Positions 17,223 to 22,775 of a DNA stretch of 22,775 nt are shown in pieces; within the stretch, counting starts at the first letter, position 1; every line of letters starts with the position of its first letter. This DNA comes from Campylobacterales bacterium (lineage in GTDB: Bacteria > Campylobacterota > Campylobacteria > Campylobacterales > Sulfurimonadaceae). The DNA lies in contig JBBRBK010000031.1 of assembly GCA_038205935.1 (NCBI GenBank), positions 1 to 22,775 on the forward strand, in the 5' to 3' direction. Position numbers and translations under genes: made by a program. A model generated the notes under the pieces. That model did no database searches, was not told where the DNA came from, and worked only from the letters and a program-made list of their open reading frames with translations.

Positions 17223-18498
17223 CTTCTGGAATATTCACAAAAACATCATAACCCAATTTTTTTCTTAGTCTAAAAATAACATTTTTGATAGAAGATGAAT
17301 TTGTATCATTCTTATGAGACTCAATCAATCTAAAGGCATCCGCATATCTTAATAATAAAATCGTGGCTTGTGCTAATAGATATATCAGAAATCCGTATGG
17401 TAACAGATCAGTTGAAGAAATAATAATCTCTTGAAACATCAATATATCATGAATAATGGTGGCACTAAAAAATAAAAGAGCTCCTAGTGCTAATGCAGAA
17501 CCATTTTCTTTAGATCTGTAAGATTGAAATAAGACCCAAGTTGTATAAATGATAGCTATGACTATGACTATTTCATATAATTCTAATGTTGATGTAAAAA
17601 AAAGGCTAGATGTAAAAATGGCAAAACTAAAAAAAAGAACTCCTATGGACAAAAAAAGATATTCTGTAAGCTTTGAAGTTTGCTTTGGATAAAGTGAACC
17701 TACATATAAAACAAACAAAGAGATTGCTATAAATCCACTTGCATATTCTAATCGCAATAATATATCCCACGAGATATTCGGTAAAAATTGTAATAATATT
17801 TTTTCACCAGTTACAGAAGCTCTAATTGCCAAGGAAAGCGCTAATAGACCAAACCATAAAGGAGCCTTATCTTTTCTCCAGGCCAAAAATAATCCAATAT
17901 GATACAAAGCAAAAAAAACGAGTATTGAAGCTATTGCAATCTCAATATTAATAGCCACATTCCTTTCATTTTCCAATACTCCCTTTGGTGCGATAAGAGG
18001 CATCCCATAAAAACCAATATGACGATGTTGCGAATTGGCTAGGTATAGTACTAGCGTTGTTGTTTCTGTTTGAGGAATAAAGCTGACTATCGGATAATTT
18101 GCAGCAGCTTTATACTTCTTACTTACATAATTTAATTCTCCAGATGAGCCAATCAGCGTATTGTTCGCGTAAAGTTTCCATACACTTAAAGGTTGTTTCA
18201 TATCGATAGATAAAGCTTTATTGGGTGAGGTTCGTAATTTTAATTTGAAAGTGATGATCCCGTTAGGTGAACCTAAAAGTGATTCAAAAAATTTAGGTAA
18301 CATAGTTTTTTGTTTATCTAGCCGAGCATTATCATAAGCTGGTACATAACCAAAAGCATAATTCCAAGGACCATTAAGTGGTTTTGAAGTGCTGATATCT
18401 TTAACATCCAAAATAGGAGCAGCATATAATGTTGATAATAGTATTAATGGCAATAAAAAAATAATAAATTTGTAAGTGCTTAGATGCTTAAAAATCAT
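17200..18498 (-). pseudogene. 7TM-DISM sensor N-terminus fused in frame to an OmpR-type regulator C-terminal tail
   Basis: Signal peptide, LNGPWNY beta-sandwich and 7TM region, then SIKNVIFRLRKKLGYDVFVNIPEVGYRV; no kinase domain. ATG 18498 has GAGGA upstream. Confidence 0.75.
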
Positions 18499-18623
18499 AA
18501 TTTTCTGATCCTCGTCTTTATTTATTATTACTCTGAGAATATCTTGACATTCCCATTTTATAAATTTCATCTTGGAGCAGATCTATGACGGATTTAGAAA
18601 ACAATCAAATTATTTTTGTTCGT

Positions 18624-18710
18624 TCATAATCCAATTTTATCTACTTTAAAATGTTGTTGTATATAACTTTTATTTTTAGATAGTTCATTTAATATTCCAT
18701 CTTCTGTCAT
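18624..18710 (-). pseudogene. MNT (minimal nucleotidyltransferase) N-terminal fragment
   Basis: MTEDGILNELSKNKSYIQQHFKVDKIGL*, cut just before the expected FGS motif. Confidence 0.6.
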
Positions 18711-18770
18711 TATAAAACTCCAAAACAGTTTTATATATTGCTGCGATTATAGCATTTTCTTTTAAGCCTA

Positions 18771-19097
18771 CTAAACAGTCTCAATATCAACTAATTCAAT
18801 CCTGGAGCAATCTTTTTTAAACAACTTTTTAGCTGTAGCATCATCTTCTGCTAAAACTAAAATATCTGCGTAATCATTTTTCTCAACTTGTAGTGTTTGT
18901 ATCTCTTTTGCAGTTGCTATTTCAATGGCAGTAAAATCTTTATTGGGTTTCACCTCAATATTTCTTTGTCCTTTTGCAAATTCACTTTTAATTAGCTTGA
19001 GTATTTTTTCGTTTTTTAATAACTCTTCGATAGTTATAGAGCTATTTAAATCACCTTCGCATAAGACCTTATATGATATCAAAATTCCGCCATCCAT
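18771..19097 (-). CDS. Hypothetical protein (108 aa)
   Basis: AGGAG SD, clean ORF, third gene of a compact same-strand cluster. Confidence 0.7.
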   Translation of the reverse strand: MDGGILISYKVLCEGDLNSSITIEELLKNEKILKLIKSEFAKGQRNIEVKPNKDFTAIEIATAKEIQTLQVEKNDYADILVLAEDDATAKKLFKKDCSRIELVDIETV

Positions 19098-19106
19098 TAA
19101 AATCTC

Positions 19107-19385
19107 CTAATATTTGTAATTAACATAGCCCTTCGCCAATTTAGAACGAAGAACTATTTCTAACTCGGCAAACGCATCCTCAATATGGAAAAAATACTCT
19201 TTAATAACCCGAGTAGGCTTCTTATTCTTCACACTGCCAAATGACCTCTCCAATATAACTTCCTCAAAGAGAGTAGGGTAGAGTTTTAAAGAGTAGTATC
19301 TTATTTTATGATCTACCTCTCTATAAAGAGTGATATTAGAGTTCAAGCAGTTTTTTGATATCTGGTGAGCCATAATAGGATTCAA
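19107..19385 (-). CDS. WGR-like domain protein (start uncertain)
   Basis: RYYSLKLYPTLF...LERSFGS...F...A...K.AKGY follows the WGR domain pattern, with FGS in place of WGR. Confidence 0.7.
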   Translation of the reverse strand: MNPIMAHQISKNCLNSNITLYREVDHKIRYYSLKLYPTLFEEVILERSFGSVKNKKPTRVIKEYFFHIEDAFAELEIVLRSKLAKGYVNYKY

Positions 19386-19530
19386 TCGCTTTATTGATTA
19401 TGAAATCTAGCTTTTGCTTCTCATTAAGAGATTTGGTATCATCTTCTAGTAAAGCACCTATTATTTTAATTCTTTTGATATTTTTAATATCTAAGTTAAC
19501 TCTTTTACCAATAAACTCTTTTTCTTCCAC
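19336..19530 (-). CDS. Small hypothetical protein, possibly ribbon-helix-helix DNA binding
   Basis: GTG start with AAGG SD; a beta-strand-like KRVNLD followed by two predicted helices (IINKAIESYY). Confidence 0.55.
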   Translation of the reverse strand: MEEKEFIGKRVNLDIKNIKRIKIIGALLEDDTKSLNEKQKLDFIINKAIESYYGSPDIKKLLEL

Positions 19531-19670
19531 AATAAGCCTTTAAATTGTAATTATTAAAGATATTATAGTTTAAATTACTAAAAAGTACAAATAATATTAA
19601 TTATGAGTAAAATAAGAATTTATTGTAAATAAAAAATAGATTATAAAGTTAAAAGAGAGAGATTAAATGT

Positions 19671-19842
19671 TTATAGAGTGTTAGAATATGATTGAATAAG
19701 TGCTTCGCATTGGACTTTAAATTTTGGTAGACCATTACGTATTATCCACTCTACTATGGCAAGATTGACACCCTCATAATCGTGGGCGATGTAAGTTCGT
19801 ACATCATATCAGATAAACTTTACTGATCATCTCCTTAGACAT
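19671..19842 (-). pseudogene. HEPN (DUF86/HepT-like) RNase toxin, internally deleted and frameshifted
   Basis: MSKEMISKVYLI* overlaps the MNT stop; a second frame reads YDVRTYIAHDYEGVNLAIVEWII...; the middle of the gene is missing. Confidence 0.85.
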
Positions 19843-20143
19843 ATATAGCTTTATCTAGAATAAACATCTTGCCTGTCTTGCCCATGCCTGTACTGTCTGC
19901 AAGATCTACAGGAACGCCAAGAGCCAAGCTCATCTCGTGTTGGATCTCTTTTATTCGTTTGATTGCATTAAACCCATATAACTGTGCAAATTTTGGTGTT
20001 GCCTCTACAAGAACGTCGACGTCGCTATCCATACCCTCTTCATCGCGAGAGTAAGATCCAAACAGAGCTTTAATTAAAAAACCCTCATCTTCATACATAG
20101 ATTTAACATTTGTAAGATAGTTTAATACAGCTTCTTTTTTTAT
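19835..20143 (-). CDS. MNT nucleotidyltransferase antitoxin (MntA-like)
   Basis: LFGSYSRDE...SDVDVLV...VDL...AIYV. The frame extends 15 codons above the track start to ATA 20143, 6 nt below TGATATAAT (20158-20150). Confidence 0.85.
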   Translation of the reverse strand: MKKEAVLNYLTNVKSMYEDEGFLIKALFGSYSRDEEGMDSDVDVLVEATPKFAQLYGFNAIKRIKEIQHEMSLALGVPVDLADSTGMGKTGKMFILDKAIYV

Positions 20144-20418
20144 GAAAATATTATATCACGTCATAGATACGAAATACTATATTATGAAAAAAATGTTCAT
20201 TTTTAAAATGTTATTATTGATGATGCCATACCTAAAGAACAGGTTTTATACAGTAAATTTTTTAAAGAGTGTGATGAAGAGGATTTAGAGAACCTACTTT
20301 CGCATTTACATCTCTTAGTTAGAAATGTAAAAAGTATTTATATTTCATCCCCCGCTTCATAAGATCAAGGGTGTTGTACAGGTCTGGGATAAAAGGTTTA
20401 GATTAAAAAAGGAGAGTG

Positions 20419-20700
20419 TCACTCCCATAAATTTTGATTAAAAATTCCCAAGATTATTATTTTATTGTTACTCTCATCAATATAAAATGGCACACAGTAG
20501 CCTTTGAAAATTAATTCTCTTATTGTTTCATCGTCTGTAGATTGTCTTTTTCTATGAATATAGGGATTAGAAAGTATATTATGAATCTTATTGATTAACT
20601 CATCAAAAAAATTTAGAGCTCTTTGTACAGAATCTGTAGCTATAAAATCAACTATAATTTCTAACTCCTCATCAAAGCGTATCGATTTTTCTAAAATTAA
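20419..20700 (-). CDS. RelE/ParE-family toxin, full-length frame without a canonical start codon (absent from the ORF track)
   Basis: (L)ILEKSIRFDEELEIIVDFIATDSVQRALNFFDELINKIHNILSNPYIHRKRQSTDDETIRELIFKGYCVPFYIDESNNKIIILGIFNQNLWE*; overlaps the antitoxin stop. Confidence 0.75.
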   Translation of the reverse strand, partial: LILEKSIRFDEELEIIVDFIATDSVQRALNFFDELINKIHNILSNPYIHRKRQSTDDETIRELIFKGYCVPFYIDESNNKIIILGIFNQNLWE

Positions 20701-20906
20701 ATTTTGGATAATAACTTCTCTCTTGTTGAAGATAGGTTTTGATTAAAAGGAATAGCTTGAGAATTATCCTTTTTGTAAGCATCTATTCTTTTTTTGATTT
20801 CTAGATCTAAAGAATTTTTTATGATCACGGCATCACTAGGCAACGATTTAATAAACTCTTCAAACTTACTTAAATACTGCTCTTTAATATCCATTATCAT
20901 AGTCAT
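20697..20906 (-). CDS. Putative antitoxin of the RelE/ParE module
   Basis: 69 aa, AGGGGG SD, directly upstream of and overlapping the toxin; EIKKRIDAYK motif. Confidence 0.7.
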   Translation of the reverse strand: MTMIMDIKEQYLSKFEEFIKSLPSDAVIIKNSLDLEIKKRIDAYKKDNSQAIPFNQNLSSTREKLLSKI

Positions 20907-20979
20907 AGTTTTGCCCCCTGTTTCAATATTTCATAATTATAGCAGTATTTTATGAATATAATCAGGTAGGAAAGTGCAT

Positions 20980-21124
20980 GGGATGATCATCTTATCTGTC
21001 TTATTCATACCGGTATTGTCTACAAGGTCTACGTGAATACTGATAGCCGTACTGTCTCGTGTTGTATCTCTTTTATTTATTTGATTGCAATCAATTCATA
21101 GAGCTGCGCAGCTTCTTTTTTCAT
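20980..21124 (-). pseudogene. Degenerate paralog of the MNT gene
   Basis: MKKEA|AQLYELIAIK*IKEIQHE / STAISIHVDLVDNTGMNKTDKMII aligns to AQLYGFNAIKRIKEIQHEMSLALGVPVDLADSTGMGKTGKMFI. Confidence 0.8.
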
Positions 21125-21481
21125 AAAGAAATTGCAATTTATTAAAATACTATTTTTGAGGTAATTTAATAAATTGTACAATATTATATGAATTTAGTAA
21201 AAATATAAATTTTTAACTTTTAAATCACAAATATAATAGTTAATTGCAATATATGTCTAAAAAGTAGAGTTGCTAGAACCTTAAAGCGAGAGGTGGTTAA
21301 GGGTTTTATACCTCTTAAATATAGTACACAATATTATATTGTATATGTAATAATAAAAATATTTCCTAAAATGAGGACTCATATATGATAAATGTCAAGA
21401 TTTTAATATTTGATAAAATGTAAATTATTTATATTAAATTGAAGAAATAGACATAATTGTTAAAAAGTTATATTTATGAGA

Positions 21482-21513
21482 TATAAGTGAAAATATTAAT
21501 ATTTTCACTTATA
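21482..21513. repeat. Perfect 32-bp palindrome
   Basis: TATAAGTGAAAATATT|AATATTTTCACTTATA. Confidence 0.9.
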
Positions 21514-21602
21514 AAATAGCATAAGTTCTATTTTAATATCATCTAATGTTAATTTATCTTTTTTTGTGTAAGTGATGATAAAAATATTTTTATATTGAAC
21601 TT

Positions 21603-22403
21603 TTAGACTAATTTACGCTTATTTTGAATAATATGAGCTTCTTGTACAACTTCAAGAGACAAAGACCAACATGTTTCACAGAACTTTCGAAATTGATAAT
21701 ACTCATCATTAATCTTTATTAAATCACTGTTTTGAGTAAGCTGACCGACAGATTGCTGATAAGCGCTTAGAAGTTCAATATATTCTTGACGGCGAGTTTT
21801 ATCTATCATAATTGGAACATGCCCGGATTTTAGTACAGCAAGATTTGCCAGAAGTCTTGCCAGTCTTCCATTTCCATCATAAAAAGGATGGATACCTACA
21901 AATGAAAGATGTAGCTGTGTATAACCTTCCAACACCTGATCTTCATCTAAATCAGCAGAAAAACTATTTAACAGCTCTAGCCATCTGTTCATCAGCTCAG
22001 ACACATTTTGTGGAGCTGCATACTCTATATAAACTGTTTTTCCATCTTTGTCTCTTGAATAGGTTCCATTTGGTTCCTCTTTCCATGCGCCGACAGGTTT
22101 GTAGATATCAATTACCTCTTGAGTCAAGATCGCTCTATGTAAAAGAAAAAGATCGCTTTCATCGATAGAGGGTTTTAGAAGCATCTTATATATGAGTTCA
22201 ATTGCTTTCGCATGTCCCATTACCTCTTGATGCTCTTTTAGGCTTTTACCACCTATAGTCAACCCTTCATTTAAAACAAATGCAGTATCACCAAGTGTAA
22301 GGGTATTTCCTTCAAGAGCAGTAGAGGTATGAGTCCACAAATCACGTAAGGCATTACGTACTGATAGTTTCAGATCATTATCAAGATTATCTAAAAATTT
22401 CAT
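21603..22403 (-). CDS. Fic-family protein
   Basis: HPFYDGNGRLAR catalytic motif; N-terminal STALEGN inhibitory motif; TGGTATAAT at 22451-22443. Confidence 0.92.
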   Translation of the reverse strand: MKFLDNLDNDLKLSVRNALRDLWTHTSTALEGNTLTLGDTAFVLNEGLTIGGKSLKEHQEVMGHAKAIELIYKMLLKPSIDESDLFLLHRAILTQEVIDIYKPVGAWKEEPNGTYSRDKDGKTVYIEYAAPQNVSELMNRWLELLNSFSADLDEDQVLEGYTQLHLSFVGIHPFYDGNGRLARLLANLAVLKSGHVPIMIDKTRRQEYIELLSAYQQSVGQLTQNSDLIKINDEYYQFRKFCETCWSLSLEVVQEAHIIQNKRKLV

Positions 22404-22635
22404 GCCTTACCTTTTGTTGTATTTTCGGAATTTCTTTGCCCAATTATACCAATGTAAACCTTGAAACGGTTGTTTGCAATTAAACTACACTTTATTTTGG
22501 ATGACAATAAATATTTGTATTGAATATGTAATCGTATATAGTCATTTACTATTTTAAACTATTATGTTTTTATCTTGACTAACTTATCATATAGTGATAA
22601 TATATCTATATGATAAAAAGTTTTAAATGTAAATA

Positions 22636-22775
22636 TGCAAAAAACGCACCAAACGGGCCACTCATCGCGTTAGCATCCGGCCACTAAAAACGCTCAACAT
22701 CGGGCCAGTGATGACGGAGATGATCCGGCCACTTTTATGTGTCGAGCGCGATTTTATATTCACATAAGAATTAAG
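22636..22775. mobile_element. Terminus of an IS21-family insertion sequence (element continues off the right edge)
   Basis: TGCAAAAAACGCACC followed by repeats at 22651-22661, 22674-22684, 22698-22708 and 22722-22732 (23-24-bp period). Confidence 0.8.

Noticed and set aside
20184..20361. Plus-strand short frames (…DDAIPKEQVLYSKFF…)
   Set aside because: No consistent start and no recognisable motif.
21130..21600. Very AT-rich gap as a replication origin
   Set aside because: No iterons or rep gene visible.
900..22168. Short track ORFs antisense to or nested in real genes (900, 1578, 3467, 4193, 5115, 6238, 7174, 7532, 8339, 8950, 13969, 15055, 15123, 15319, 18925, 19869, 21812)
   Set aside because: Shadow frames. 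The Trp/Cys-rich 8339 ORF is only the antisense of the TPPVV repeat.
22651..22732. Regularly spaced repeats as a mini-CRISPR or iterons
   Set aside because: 11-bp units at 23-24-bp period behind a TG terminus, mirrored at the left edge, fit IS21 ends.

Overview
AT-rich accessory region (genomic island or plasmid segment), probably from a Campylobacterota bacterium (Sulfuricurvum/Sulfurimonas-like). This is inferred from the TpsA signal peptide style, HQW/HQY kinase H-boxes and TGnTATAAT promoters. Both window edges are IS21-type termini; the left one interrupts a yafQ toxin. The core is a divergent module: response regulator, 7TM-DISM histidine kinase and SphA/MetA-pathway-like beta-barrel on the minus strand, and a two-partner secretion pair (TpsA, TpsB) on the plus strand. 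A decayed paralogous module follows: a 7TM sensor fused to a regulator tail, a Cache-HAMP kinase, a barrel C-terminus, an orphan kinase C-terminus, and an orphan copy of the tpsB terminator joined to the tpsA promoter. Interspersed are two ATPase-PD-(D/E)XK nuclease genes, two zeta-like P-loop/small-protein pairs, MNT-HEPN, RelE/ParE, WGR-like and Fic genes, and an integrase remnant. The three RNase/RelE-type toxins all appear disarmed, and three otherwise intact genes have ATA/TTA where the start codon should be. All family calls are by eye from motifs; no database search was run.
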